A stretch of DNA of 64,000 nt, taken from positions 4,108 through 68,107 of the forward strand of contig JAKAEP010000004.1 in assembly GCA_021818265.1 (NCBI GenBank). Reading direction: 5' to 3'. Within the stretch, counting starts at the first letter, position 1. Every line of letters begins with the position of its first letter. Positions 26,523 to 36,504 of this stretch are shown here, piece after piece. The position numbers were made by a program, and so were the translations under genes. Below the pieces are notes generated by a model, which had not been told where the DNA came from, did not search any database, and saw nothing but the letters and a program-made list of their open reading frames with translations. This DNA is from Actinomycetes bacterium. Lineage in GTDB: Bacteria > Actinomycetota > Acidimicrobiia > Acidimicrobiales > RAAP-2.

Positions 26523-27803
26523 ATGAAACTGAGCGAGGACTGGCGCCGGAGGGGCCTGATCTACCAGGTCACCGACGAGGCCGTGCTCGACCAGCTCGAC
26601 GCCGGCTCGGTCACCGCCTACATCGGCTTCGACCCGACCGCGTCCTCGCTCCACCTGGGCAGCCTCATGCAGATCTGCTCGCTGCGCCGCCTCCAGCTGG
26701 CCGGTAACGCGCCCATCGCCCTGGCCGGGGGCGGGACCGGACTGATCGGGGACCCCAGCTTCAAAGACGCCGAGCGGCCCCTGCTCGACGCCGACACCAT
26801 CGGGGCCAACGTCGAGGCCATCGGTCGCCAGCTGGCCCGCTTCCTCGACTTCACCCCCGGGGCCGGGCCGGCGCGCGCCCAGCTGCTCGACAACGCCGAG
26901 TGGCTCACCCGGATCCCGCTCACCGACTTCTTGCGCGACGTGGGCAAGCACGTGACGGTCAACCAGATGGTGGCCAAGGAGTCGGTGCGCGTGCGCCTGG
27001 AGCGCGAGGACGTCGGCCTGTCGTTCACGGAGTTCACGTACATGCTCTTGCAGGGCTACGACTTCGTGCGGCTCAACCTCGACCACGGCTGCACCCTCCA
27101 GCTCGGGGGGTCGGACCAGTGGGGCAACATCACCCTCGGCGCCGAGATCGTGCGCAAGATGACGGGCCACGCGGCCTACGGGCTCACCTCGCCGCTCATC
27201 CTGCGCGCCGACGGCACCAAGTTCGGCAAGACCGCCTCGGGGGACAACGTCTGGCTCGACGCGGCGCGCACCTCGCCGTTCGCGATGCACCAGTTCTTCC
27301 TCAACTGCGACGACGTCGTGACCGGGACCCTGCTGCGCTTCGTCACCTTCGTCGACCACGACACCCTGGCCGAGCTCGACGAGGCCACCGAGAGCCACCC
27401 CGAGCGGCGCACGGCCCAGCGTCGGCTGGCCGACGAGGTCGTGACCCTCGTCCACGGCGCCGACGCCGCCGCCCGGGCCCGGCGCGCCGGCGAGGCGCTC
27501 TTCTCCGAGGCGATCGCCGAGCTCGACGAGTCCACCCTGCTCGAGGCGGTCGCCGACGCGCCGTCGTCGACCTGGTCGCGCGCCGAGGTCGCGGCCGGCG
27601 TCGACCCGGTCGAGCTGCTCGTGCGCACGGGCCTCGCCAGCTCCAAGGGGGAGGCGCGCCGCTTCCTCGACCAGGGGGGCGTCTACGTCAACAACGCGCG
27701 TGTCGAGCCCACCGACCTCGTCGGGGCGGCCCACGCCCTGCACGACCGCTACCTCGTGGTGCGCCGGGGTCGACGCCTGCTCCACCTCGTGGTGCTGGGG
27801 TGA
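26523..27803 (+). CDS. tyrS: Tyrosine-tRNA ligase
   Basis: The HIGH region reads YIGFDPTASSLHLGSL and the KMSKS region reads KFGKT. A C-terminal S4 domain is present. Confidence 0.95.
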   Translation: MKLSEDWRRRGLIYQVTDEAVLDQLDAGSVTAYIGFDPTASSLHLGSLMQICSLRRLQLAGNAPIALAGGGTGLIGDPSFKDAERPLLDADTIGANVEAIGRQLARFLDFTPGAGPARAQLLDNAEWLTRIPLTDFLRDVGKHVTVNQMVAKESVRVRLEREDVGLSFTEFTYMLLQGYDFVRLNLDHGCTLQLGGSDQWGNITLGAEIVRKMTGHAAYGLTSPLILRADGTKFGKTASGDNVWLDAARTSPFAMHQFFLNCDDVVTGTLLRFVTFVDHDTLAELDEATESHPERRTAQRRLADEVVTLVHGADAAARARRAGEALFSEAIAELDESTLLEAVADAPSSTWSRAEVAAGVDPVELLVRTGLASSKGEARRFLDQGGVYVNNARVEPTDLVGAAHALHDRYLVVRRGRRLLHLVVLG

Positions 27804-28240
27804 GGGCGCGCGCCGCGCTCGCACTGGCGGCGAGCGGCCTGGTGCTGGCCGCCTGCGGGGGATCGCTCTCGGGCGCGGCGGCGGTGGCGAGCTGGGCGAA
27901 GGACGCGAACTTCACCGCCAACACCCGCACGCTCCTCGACGACGCCCGCCACGCCGTGACGGCCCTCGCGGACCCCTCGAGCACCGCCAACGACCTGCAC
28001 ACCGTCTGCGGGGTGCTCCAGACCGACGACGAGGCGGCCTACAACAGCCTGCCCACGCCCGACGCCGCCGCCACCCGGCTGCTCAACCGCGCCTACAACC
28101 AGCTCGGCACCGGCGCCAGCCACTGCTACGACGCGGGCGCCTCGGTGAGCGCCCGGGCGCGGGCGCTGCGCGAGGTCACCGCCGGCAGCGCCGACCTCGC
28201 CGAGGGGGCCGCGCGGGTCGCGAGCGCCCTCGTCCCCTAG
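27800..28240 (+). CDS. Lipoprotein (function unknown)
   Basis: GTG 27800 overlaps the tyrS stop (GTGA). The signal peptide ends in the lipobox LVLAAC. Confidence 0.65.
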   Translation: MRARAALALAASGLVLAACGGSLSGAAAVASWAKDANFTANTRTLLDDARHAVTALADPSSTANDLHTVCGVLQTDDEAAYNSLPTPDAAATRLLNRAYNQLGTGASHCYDAGASVSARARALREVTAGSADLAEGAARVASALVP

Positions 28241-28467
28241 GCTTCGCGCGCCTCGGGCGGTCGCAGGTCGATCTCGAGGCGCAAGACGCCGTCCTCGAGC
28301 CGGGCCGTGGCGTCGCCGACCATGGCGAAGTCCTGGAAGTCGATACGGGCCTGCTCGAGGAAGCGCTGGCGCTCGGGCCCCTCCACGGGGGGCAGGCCGC
28401 GTCGGCGCACCGCCTCGGCCCGGTCCCGGAAGCGCTGGATCATGTCCTGGGGGTCGAATCCGTCCAC
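28237..28467 (-). CDS. Small hypothetical protein (76 aa)
   Basis: High third-position G/C, and a leaderless TAGCAT-N6-GTG start. Its stop shares CTAG with the lipoprotein stop. Confidence 0.55.
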   Translation of the reverse strand: MDGFDPQDMIQRFRDRAEAVRRRGLPPVEGPERQRFLEQARIDFQDFAMVGDATARLEDGVLRLEIDLRPPEAREA

Positions 28468-28473
28468 GGACCG

Positions 28474-28479
28474 ATGCTA
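28474..28479 (-). promoter_or_regulatory. -10 hexamer TAGCAT, 6 nt upstream of GTG 28467
   Basis: The minus strand reads TAGCAT-cggtcc-GTG. Confidence 0.45.
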
Positions 28480-28587
28480 GGGGCCGGGCCGGTCTCGGGG
28501 AGGGGCCGGGTAGTATCGGGTATCGACTCGCCGAGCGAGAGTCGCGGCCGCCGCCCCCTGAGGGCCCGCGGTCAGTGAGGAGTTGAC

Positions 28588-28800
28588 GTGAAAAAAGGTC
28601 GCCACCGTCGCTTTGTCGAGGCTCGCGAGCTCAAGCGCTCCACCGGGCCCCGAGCCACCACCTGCGCGGAGTGCGGTGCCGCCCCCGACGACGTCCACGC
28701 CGAGTGGTGTCGCGCCGAGGAGGACCGCTTCGACGAGATCCTCGGCTCGCTGCCGAGCGCGAACCTCGCGGACGAGGACCCGCTCGCGGCGGAGAGCTAG
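28588..28800 (+). CDS. Small basic/acidic protein with CxxC (70 aa)
   Basis: GTG 28588 is preceded by a GAGGAG Shine-Dalgarno. The protein reads MKKGRHRRFVEARELKR...CAECG...WC and has an acidic tail. Confidence 0.55.
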   Translation: MKKGRHRRFVEARELKRSTGPRATTCAECGAAPDDVHAEWCRAEEDRFDEILGSLPSANLADEDPLAAES

Positions 28801-29537
28801 CCCCGACGGCGCACCACGGGGTGCGCCAGCCGGGTCCCGCGGGGCTGGGTCGCGCGCCGGTCGAGGTGGGCCATGAGCATCGCGTACACCGCGTCGCCGA
28901 CCATGGCGACGAGCTCGTCGCGCATCGAGTCCGCCACCCGGGTCTTGCCGACGAAGGCCTCGGGCGCCTCGGTGCACCACCAGTGGAAGTCGTCGCCGCC
29001 GCCGCCCCAGTGGCGCCGGTCCCACTGGGTGATCCGGGTGATCACGTGGCCGTCGTCGAGGACCTCGTCCTCGCGGCGCAGCGGCAGCTGCCAGCAGACC
29101 TCCGGCTTGAGCCCGACGTAGCTCTCCCCGGTGTCGAGCGCCATCACGTGGAAGGCGCAGCCCGCCCCGCGGTGGAAGTCCGGCCGGTTCAAGAAGATGC
29201 ACGCGTCTTGGACCAGGCGGGTCGTCATCTCGCCCGAGCGCGACACCTTGGTGGTGCCCTTGGCCCCCTTGGCCTTGAACTGCCACTGGTCGGCGCTGAG
29301 GCGCTTCGCCGCGCGCTCGACCCGGTCGCGGTCGGCTTCGTCGGAGAGGTGGGCGCCGTAGCTGCAGCAGCCCTGGACGAGCTCGGGGGCCGGGCCCGTG
29401 AGCACGCCCTGGCAGCCGTGGCCGAAGATGCAGGTCCAGTTGCTCTCGAGGAAGGTCACGTCGAACATCCAGGTCCGCTCGAGCTCGGGGTCCTCGAAGC
29501 TCACCCACTCGTGGGCGTCGGACGGCAGTCGGGTCAC
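28797..29537 (-). CDS. Cysteine-rich conserved hypothetical protein (putative metal/Fe-S binding)
   Basis: Ten Cys arranged as CIFGHGCQG...GCCSYG...ACIFL...GCAFH...VCW...WWC. The leaderless start is TAGTTT-N6-GTG. Confidence 0.6.
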   Translation of the reverse strand: MTRLPSDAHEWVSFEDPELERTWMFDVTFLESNWTCIFGHGCQGVLTGPAPELVQGCCSYGAHLSDEADRDRVERAAKRLSADQWQFKAKGAKGTTKVSRSGEMTTRLVQDACIFLNRPDFHRGAGCAFHVMALDTGESYVGLKPEVCWQLPLRREDEVLDDGHVITRITQWDRRHWGGGGDDFHWWCTEAPEAFVGKTRVADSMRDELVAMVGDAVYAMLMAHLDRRATQPRGTRLAHPVVRRRG

Positions 29538-29543
29538 CGCAAG

Positions 29544-29549
29544 AAACTA
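29544..29549 (-). promoter_or_regulatory. -10 hexamer TAGTTT, 6 nt upstream of GTG 29537
   Basis: The minus strand reads TAGTTT-cttgcg-GTG. Confidence 0.45.
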
Positions 29550-29579
29550 GCCTCCGTCCGCTCGGGCCCGATCCACCCG

Positions 29580-29585
29580 TAGACT
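29580..29585 (+). promoter_or_regulatory. -10 hexamer TAGACT, 6 nt upstream of GTG 29592
   Basis: cgTAGACT-cgcgcc-GTG. Confidence 0.5.
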
Positions 29586-29591
29586 CGCGCC

Positions 29592-30242
29592 GTGAGCACG
29601 CTCGAGACCTTCGACGTCCTCTCCCTCACCGACGAGGCCCGCTCGGTGGTGCGAGAGGCCCTGGCCGCCGAGGCCAACCACGAGGGCCTCGCCCTCTGGG
29701 TCGAGGTCACCGGCACGCGGGGCCCGGGCTACGCCTACGACCTCTACTTCTCGGAGCTCTCGCTCGCGCCCGGCGACGCGGCGGTCGGGCGCGACGGCGA
29801 CCTGCACATCGTCGTGCCCGCGGCGAGCGTCGAGCGCCTGCGCGGCAGCCGGCTGGAGTTCTCCGACGAGGGCGGGGGCGGGCTGGTCCTCGTGAACCCC
29901 AACGCGCCCACCCGCGAAGAGATGAACCCGGGGATCCCCGAGGAGATCCTCGCCCACGGCGTCGAGGGCCCGCTCGGGCAGGTCGCGACCCGCGTGCTCG
30001 ACGAGCAGGTGAACCCGGCCATCGCCAGCCACGGCGGGCGCTGCGACCTCGTCGCCCTCGACGAGGGGGCCCGGGTGGCCTACGTGCGCCTCGGGGGCGG
30101 CTGCCAGGGGTGCGCGCTGAGCCGCATGACGCTGAGCCAGGGGATCGAGTCGATGCTGCGCGAGGCCATCCCGGAGCTGGAGGGCGTGGTCGACGTGACC
30201 GACCACGCCTCGGGGGCCAACCCCTTCTACACCCACGAGTAG
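29592..30242 (+). CDS. NfuA-like Fe-S cluster carrier (Cys-less A-type domain + Nfu domain)
   Basis: The C-terminal Nfu motif is GGCQGCALSRMTLSQGIE. The N-terminal half has the HesB/IscA-like layout but contains no cysteine. Confidence 0.7.
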   Translation: MSTLETFDVLSLTDEARSVVREALAAEANHEGLALWVEVTGTRGPGYAYDLYFSELSLAPGDAAVGRDGDLHIVVPAASVERLRGSRLEFSDEGGGGLVLVNPNAPTREEMNPGIPEEILAHGVEGPLGQVATRVLDEQVNPAIASHGGRCDLVALDEGARVAYVRLGGGCQGCALSRMTLSQGIESMLREAIPELEGVVDVTDHASGANPFYTHE

Positions 30243-30257
30243 CCGCGGGCGCCTCCG

Positions 30258-30263
30258 TAGACT
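30258..30263 (+). promoter_or_regulatory. -10 hexamer TAGACT, 6 nt upstream of ATG 30270
   Basis: cgTAGACT-gaggcg-ATG. Confidence 0.5.
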
Positions 30264-30269
30264 GAGGCG

Positions 30270-31457
<1,188 letters not shown>

Positions 31458-31459
31458 CC

Positions 31460-31948
31460 GTGGCGCGGGTGGTGCTGGTGGGCCTGCCCGGCGCGGGCAA
31501 GTCGACCCTGGCCCGGGCCCTGGCCGACCGGTGGGGCTGCGCGGCGCTCGACACCGACGACGTGCTGGCCCGCCGCGTCGCGACCCCGACGGCCGCCTAC
31601 CTGCGCGACGCGGGCGAGGACCGGTTCCGTGCGGCCGAGCTCGACGCCCTCGTCGAGGCGCTCGGCGCCGACGCGGTGGTCGCGACCGGGGCGGGGGTCG
31701 TCACGCGCGCCGACGCGCGCGCGCGGTTGCGCGCCGAGCGCACGCTCTGGCTCGACGCCCCCGACGCGACGCTGCTCGAGCGCGTCGGCGACGGCGACCG
31801 CCCGCTCCTGGGCGACCGCCCGGCCGAGGCGCTGGCGCGCCTGCGCGACGAGCGCAGCCCCCTGTACCAGGAGGTCGCCTCGGCGACCGTGGACACCTCG
31901 GGGAGCCTCGAGGAGGCGCTCGAGCGGCTCGCCGAGGCGGCCTCGTGA
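31460..31948 (+). CDS. aroK: Shikimate kinase
   Basis: P-loop GLPGAGKST, with LDTDD downstream. Confidence 0.88.
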   Translation: MARVVLVGLPGAGKSTLARALADRWGCAALDTDDVLARRVATPTAAYLRDAGEDRFRAAELDALVEALGADAVVATGAGVVTRADARARLRAERTLWLDAPDATLLERVGDGDRPLLGDRPAEALARLRDERSPLYQEVASATVDTSGSLEEALERLAEAAS

Positions 31949-32991
31949 GGATCCCGGTCGAGCTCGGCGAGCGGGCCTACGAGGTCGTGGTGGCCGGCGG
32001 GGCCCGCCACGAGCTCGCCGGGCTGCTCGCCGCGCGCGCGCCGCGGGCCCGGGTGGCGGCCCTCGTGACGACCGAGCCGCTGCGCGCCGAGACCTGGTTC
32101 GACCTCGAGACCGGCCTCGAGCAGGTCGTGCTCAGCGTCCCCGACGGCGAGGCGGCCAAGTCGCTCGCCCAGCTCGAGTCCCTGGTGGAGCGCCTGGCGC
32201 TGGCGAATCTCTCGCGCGACGACGTGGTCGTCGCGGTCGGCGGTGGGGCGGTCTGCGACCTCGCGGGCTTCGCCGCGTCGGTGTATCGCCGGGGCGTGGG
32301 CGTGGTGCACGTCGCGACGTCGCTCGTTGCCCAGGTCGACGCCGCCGTCGGGGGCAAGACGGGGGTGAACCTGCGCGCGGGCAAGAACCTGGCCGGGACG
32401 TTCCACCAGCCCTGGGGCGTGCTGTGCGACACCGACGTGCTCGCGACGCTGCCCGAGCGCGAGGTCCGCAACGGCCTGGCCGAGGTCGCCAAGTGCTGGC
32501 TGATCGAGGGCCGTCGCGCCGAAGACGTCGCCGGGACCCCGCTCGCCACGTTGGTGGAGGTGGCCGTCGGGCTGAAGGCCCGGGTCGTCGCGAGCGACGA
32601 GCGCGAGGGCGGGCCCCGCGCCGTGCTCAACTACGGTCACACCCTGGCCCACGCCCTCGAGGCGCTGGCGCTCGCGCGCGGGGACGACGTGCGTCACGGC
32701 GAGGCCGTCGCCACCGGGCTCGCCGTGGCGGCCCGGCTGGCCCGGGCCCTCGGGCGCATCGACGGAGGGGGCGTCGCCCACCACGACGCGGTGCTCGCCG
32801 CCTTCGGCCTGACCCCGTGGGCGACGCCGGCCTACGAGCCCGGGGCGCTGATCGAGGTGATGGCCCGGGACAAGAAGGCCCACCACGACCTCACCTTCGT
32901 CCTCGACGGCCCGCGCGGGATCGAGACGGTGCCGGGGGTCGACGCGGGACTCGTGCACGACGTGCTGGAGCGGTTCGAGGAGGAGAGATGA
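31945..32991 (+). CDS. aroB: 3-Dehydroquinate synthase
   Basis: GTG 31945 overlaps the aroK stop (GTGA). Motifs GGGAVCDLAGFAAS, VDAAVGGKTGVN and LNYGHTLAHALE. Confidence 0.92.
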   Translation: MRIPVELGERAYEVVVAGGARHELAGLLAARAPRARVAALVTTEPLRAETWFDLETGLEQVVLSVPDGEAAKSLAQLESLVERLALANLSRDDVVVAVGGGAVCDLAGFAASVYRRGVGVVHVATSLVAQVDAAVGGKTGVNLRAGKNLAGTFHQPWGVLCDTDVLATLPEREVRNGLAEVAKCWLIEGRRAEDVAGTPLATLVEVAVGLKARVVASDEREGGPRAVLNYGHTLAHALEALALARGDDVRHGEAVATGLAVAARLARALGRIDGGGVAHHDAVLAAFGLTPWATPAYEPGALIEVMARDKKAHHDLTFVLDGPRGIETVPGVDAGLVHDVLERFEEER

Positions 32992-33446
32992 GCGGCGTGA
33001 TCCTGTTGTTGTCGGGGCCCAACCTCGACCAGCTGGGCCGGCGGGACCCGGCGCTCTACGGCACGGCCACGCTCGAGGAGCACGTGGCGCGCCTCAGCGA
33101 GGCGGCCCGGGCGCGCGGCTACGCGCTGCGCCACGTGCAGTCGAACTTCGAGGGCGACCTCATCGAGGCGGTGCGCGACGCCACCGACTGCGCCGCGGTG
33201 ATCGTGAACGCCGGGGCGCTCACCCACACCTCCTGGGCGCTCGCCGACGCCCTGGCGACCTTCGCCGGGCCCCGGGTCGAGGTCCACCTGTCCAACCCGG
33301 CGGCCCGCGAGCCGTTCCGCCACGTCACGACCCTCGCGGGCGTGGTGGAGGGCTCGATCGCCGGCTTCGGCGCCCTGAGCTACGACCTCGCCCTCGAGGC
33401 GGTCTGTCGGCGGCTCGGGGACGGGCCCGGCGCCGCCGGCTCCTAG
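32988..33446 (+). CDS. aroQ: Type II 3-dehydroquinate dehydratase
   Basis: ATG 32988 overlaps the aroB stop (ATGA). Motifs LLLSGPNLDQLGRRDPALYG and NAGALTHTS. Confidence 0.92.
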   Translation: MSGVILLLSGPNLDQLGRRDPALYGTATLEEHVARLSEAARARGYALRHVQSNFEGDLIEAVRDATDCAAVIVNAGALTHTSWALADALATFAGPRVEVHLSNPAAREPFRHVTTLAGVVEGSIAGFGALSYDLALEAVCRRLGDGPGAAGS

Positions 33447-33485
33447 ACTCGTCCCCGCACGCTTTCGCGAAAGGGAAACGGGCCC

Positions 33486-34049
33486 ATGGCCGCCATCACG
33501 ACCTCCGACATCAAGAACGGCATCACGATCAAGCTCGACGAGGGCCTCTACACGATCATCGAGTTCCAGCACGTCAAGCCGGGCAAGGGCGGGGCCTTCG
33601 TGCGCACGAAGCTGCGCAACCTGCGCACCGGCGCCGTCATCGAGCGGACCTTTCGGGCCGAGGAGCGCCTCGAGCAGGCGATCATCGACAAGCGCGACAC
33701 CCAGTTCCTCTACCGCGACGGCGAGGACTACATCTTCATGGACCAGACGACCTTCGACCAGGTGCCGGTGCGCGCCGCGACCCTCGGGGAGGCCGCGAAC
33801 TTCCTCGTCGAGACGGGCCGGGCCATGCTCGTCTCCTACCAAGACGAGGTCATCGGGGTCGAGCTGCCGGCGTCGGTCGAGCTCACCGTCACCGACACCG
33901 AGCCCGGAGTCCAGGGCGACCGGGTCTCGGGGGCCCGCAAGCCGGCCACCCTCCAGACCGGCTTCGTCGTCCAGGTGCCGCTCTTCGTCGGGCCGGGCGA
34001 GACCATCAAGGTCGACACCCGCACCGGCGAGTACATGACCCGGGCCTAG
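33486..34049 (+). CDS. efp: Elongation factor P
   Basis: SDIKNGITIKLDEGLYTIIEFQHVKPGKGGAFVRTKLRNLRTG. A TAGACT box at 33444-33449 lies 36 nt upstream. Confidence 0.95.
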   Translation: MAAITTSDIKNGITIKLDEGLYTIIEFQHVKPGKGGAFVRTKLRNLRTGAVIERTFRAEERLEQAIIDKRDTQFLYRDGEDYIFMDQTTFDQVPVRAATLGEAANFLVETGRAMLVSYQDEVIGVELPASVELTVTDTEPGVQGDRVSGARKPATLQTGFVVQVPLFVGPGETIKVDTRTGEYMTRA

Positions 34050-34050
34050 G

Positions 34051-34449
34051 GTGCGCCCGGGCCCCGAGCGCCACCGGGCGCGCGAGCGGGCCCTCGAGAT
34101 CCTCTACGAGGCGCAGATCAAGGGCCGCCGCGCGCCGGAAGTGCTCGCGTCGCTCGCGGTGGCGCCCGACCCCTACGCGGTGCGCCTCCTCGAGTCGGCC
34201 GAGACCCACCGCGAGCGCGCCGAGCGCCTGATCGAGGCGTGCGCGATCGACTGGCCCCTCGAGCGCATCGCCCTCGTGGACCGGCTGGTGATGACCCTCG
34301 CGGTGGGCGAGATGCTGCTCGATGACCCGCCGCCCCTCGCCGTTATCCTGGACGAGGCTGTGGAGCTGGCCAAGGTGTTCTCGACCGAGGGGTCGCCGTC
34401 GTTCGTGAACGGCGTGCTGGCCGAGGTCGCGCGGCGCCTCAGGGACTGA
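34051..34449 (+). CDS. nusB: Transcription antitermination factor NusB
   Basis: RERALEILYEAQIKG...AILDEAVELAKVFSTEGSPSFVNGVL. Confidence 0.9.
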   Translation: MRPGPERHRARERALEILYEAQIKGRRAPEVLASLAVAPDPYAVRLLESAETHRERAERLIEACAIDWPLERIALVDRLVMTLAVGEMLLDDPPPLAVILDEAVELAKVFSTEGSPSFVNGVLAEVARRLRD

Positions 34450-34465
34450 CGAGAGGGGTCGCCGC

Positions 34466-36202
34466 GTGCCGGGGATGGGTCAGAAGGGCGTCTCGCTCAC
34501 CAACGCCCTCACCGTCGCGGCCTTCCACCACAGCGCCTACCAGGTCGCCCTCTACTGGATCATCGCCGTCGCCGTGGTCGTCCTCGCGGTCGCGGCCCTC
34601 ACCGGACGGCTCGGCTCGTTCAACCTGTCGGCGGCGGGCCTCGCCGAGCCGCGCGCGCGCACCGTGCTGCGGGTGGGCTTCGGCGTGCTCTGGCTCATCG
34701 ACGGGCTCTTGCAGTTCCAGCCCGGGATGCCCCTCGGGCTCGCCAACGACGTCGTCCGGCCCGCGCTCGCGGGCACGCCCGCCTTCTTCAAGCCCGTCGT
34801 GCGTCACGCGATCACCCTGTGGAACCTGCACCCCGTCGCCCTGGCGACGGGCGTCGCCTGGCTCCAGGTCGGCCTGGCCCTGGCCCTGCTCAGCTCGAAC
34901 GGCCGGCTCGGCCGGGTGGCCGGGGCCGTGTCGGCCGGGTGGGCGCTGGGCGTCTTCGCGGTGGGCAACGGGCTCGGCGGGGTCTTCGCCCCGGGGGCGT
35001 CGATCCTCTTCGGCTGGCCCAGTGCCGCCTTCTTCTACCTGGTCGCGGGGGTGTGGCTGGCCCTCAGCCCGGACTACTTCGCCCGGCGCTTCTCGGTCGT
35101 GACGACCCGACTGGTGGCGGTCGTGCTCGCCCTCGGGGCACTGCTACAGGTCCTGCCCTCGACGGGCTTCTGGCGCGGCGGCGACGCCAACGCCCTCACC
35201 CGGATGAGCCGCTCGATGACCTCGATGGCCCAGCCCCACCCCCTCGCGTGGGTGGTGCGCCACGTCGGGGACCTCGCCGGGACGATGGGCGGGGGCTTCA
35301 ACGTGATCGTCCTCTTGTGGCTGCTCGGCACGGCCGCGGGCCTGTGGTGGGCGACGCGGCGCCCGGTCACCTGGCCCTACCTCGCGCTCGCCGTGGGCGC
35401 CGTCGTCGTCTGGGTGGTGGGCGAGGACCTGGCGGTCTTCGGGGGTGTGGGCACCGACATCAACTCGATGGTCCCGATGGCCCTCCTCGCCTGGTGCGCC
35501 CGCCCGGCCCTCGCGGCGCGCGAGCCCTACCCCCGGCGCTGGCCGCGCGAGCTGCGCTCGAACTCGGGCTCCGTGGTGGCCGCCTTCGCCGCGGCCATGG
35601 TGCTCTTCTCGGCGGTGTCGATGGGCGTGGCGGCGGCCTCCCCGGCCGAGTCGACCCTGTTCCTCGCCGCGAACGGCTCGGTGGGCACCGAGCACGCGCG
35701 CGAGACGCCCTTCACCCTCACCGACCAGCACGGTCAGCCCTACACCCTCGGCGAGCACCCGGGCCGCTACACGATCCTCGCGTTCCTCGACCCGGTCTGC
35801 TGGACCGACTGCCCGATCATCGCGAACCAGCTCGCGCAGGTGCGCGCGGCCCTCGGCCCGACGGCCCCCGTCGACGTCGTCGCGGTGGCGGCCAACCCCG
35901 AGCACCAGACGCTCGCGAACGTGCGCCACTTCATCGCCATCCACCACCTGGGCTCGATGCCCGACTTCTACTTCGTGACCGGGCCGGTCGCCGAGACCCG
36001 AAAGGTCTGGAACGCCTACGGCATCGGGGTCTCGAACGAGAAGGGCTTCGCGATGAGCGTGCACGCCGACTACCTCTTCTTGATCGACCCCCACGGCTAC
36101 ATCCGTTGGCTCGTGCCCGACGACCCCGGGACCGGGGGAGCCCAGACGACCTCGACGGTGACCGAGCTGCTCGGGCTGCTCGCCCAGATCGGCCTGCGCT
36201 AG
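34466..36202 (+). CDS. Polytopic membrane domain (~10 TM) fused to a C-terminal SCO1/SenC-type thioredoxin-fold copper chaperone domain
   Basis: The C-terminal ~170 aa contain FTLTDQHGQPYTL...ILAFLDPVCWTDCPIIANQL (CxxxCP) and MSVHADYLFLIDPHGYI (the SCO His). The N-terminal ~400 aa carry 9-10 hydrophobic helices. A GAGAGGGG Shine-Dalgarno lies 7 nt before GTG 34466. Confidence 0.7.
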   Translation: MPGMGQKGVSLTNALTVAAFHHSAYQVALYWIIAVAVVVLAVAALTGRLGSFNLSAAGLAEPRARTVLRVGFGVLWLIDGLLQFQPGMPLGLANDVVRPALAGTPAFFKPVVRHAITLWNLHPVALATGVAWLQVGLALALLSSNGRLGRVAGAVSAGWALGVFAVGNGLGGVFAPGASILFGWPSAAFFYLVAGVWLALSPDYFARRFSVVTTRLVAVVLALGALLQVLPSTGFWRGGDANALTRMSRSMTSMAQPHPLAWVVRHVGDLAGTMGGGFNVIVLLWLLGTAAGLWWATRRPVTWPYLALAVGAVVVWVVGEDLAVFGGVGTDINSMVPMALLAWCARPALAAREPYPRRWPRELRSNSGSVVAAFAAAMVLFSAVSMGVAAASPAESTLFLAANGSVGTEHARETPFTLTDQHGQPYTLGEHPGRYTILAFLDPVCWTDCPIIANQLAQVRAALGPTAPVDVVAVAANPEHQTLANVRHFIAIHHLGSMPDFYFVTGPVAETRKVWNAYGIGVSNEKGFAMSVHADYLFLIDPHGYIRWLVPDDPGTGGAQTTSTVTELLGLLAQIGLR

Positions 36203-36504
36203 CCGGTCGGGGAGCCCTCGTCGCGGTGGACGCGACGCAGGTACTCGTTGTACTCCTCGCGGGCGGCGTCCTCGACGGGGTCGGCCGGCGGCGGCTGAGG
36301 GGCGAAGCGCTCCTCTCTCAGCATCCTGCGGGTCATGTAGAGGGCGTAGAGCGCGAAGAGGGGCCACTCGAAGACGTAGGCCCAGGACAGGGCGTTGCCC
36401 CTGAGGGCCCGGTCGAGCTCGACGGCGAACGCCCCCCAGCAGATGATCTCGGCCAGGGCGAAGCCGAAGTATACGAGAAGAATGTTCTTAGTTTTCCCCG
36501 ACAT
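36199..36504 (-). CDS. Small 2-TM membrane protein, paralogue of 43511..43918
   Basis: [20 protein letters not shown] aligns with [20 protein letters not shown] in the other copy, including a 17-nt identical DNA core tacgtcttcgagtggcc. The start is ambiguous: ATG 36504 is chosen, with GTG 36558 as the alternative. Confidence 0.65.
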   Translation of the reverse strand: MSGKTKNILLVYFGFALAEIICWGAFAVELDRALRGNALSWAYVFEWPLFALYALYMTRRMLREERFAPQPPPADPVEDAAREEYNEYLRRVHRDEGSPTG

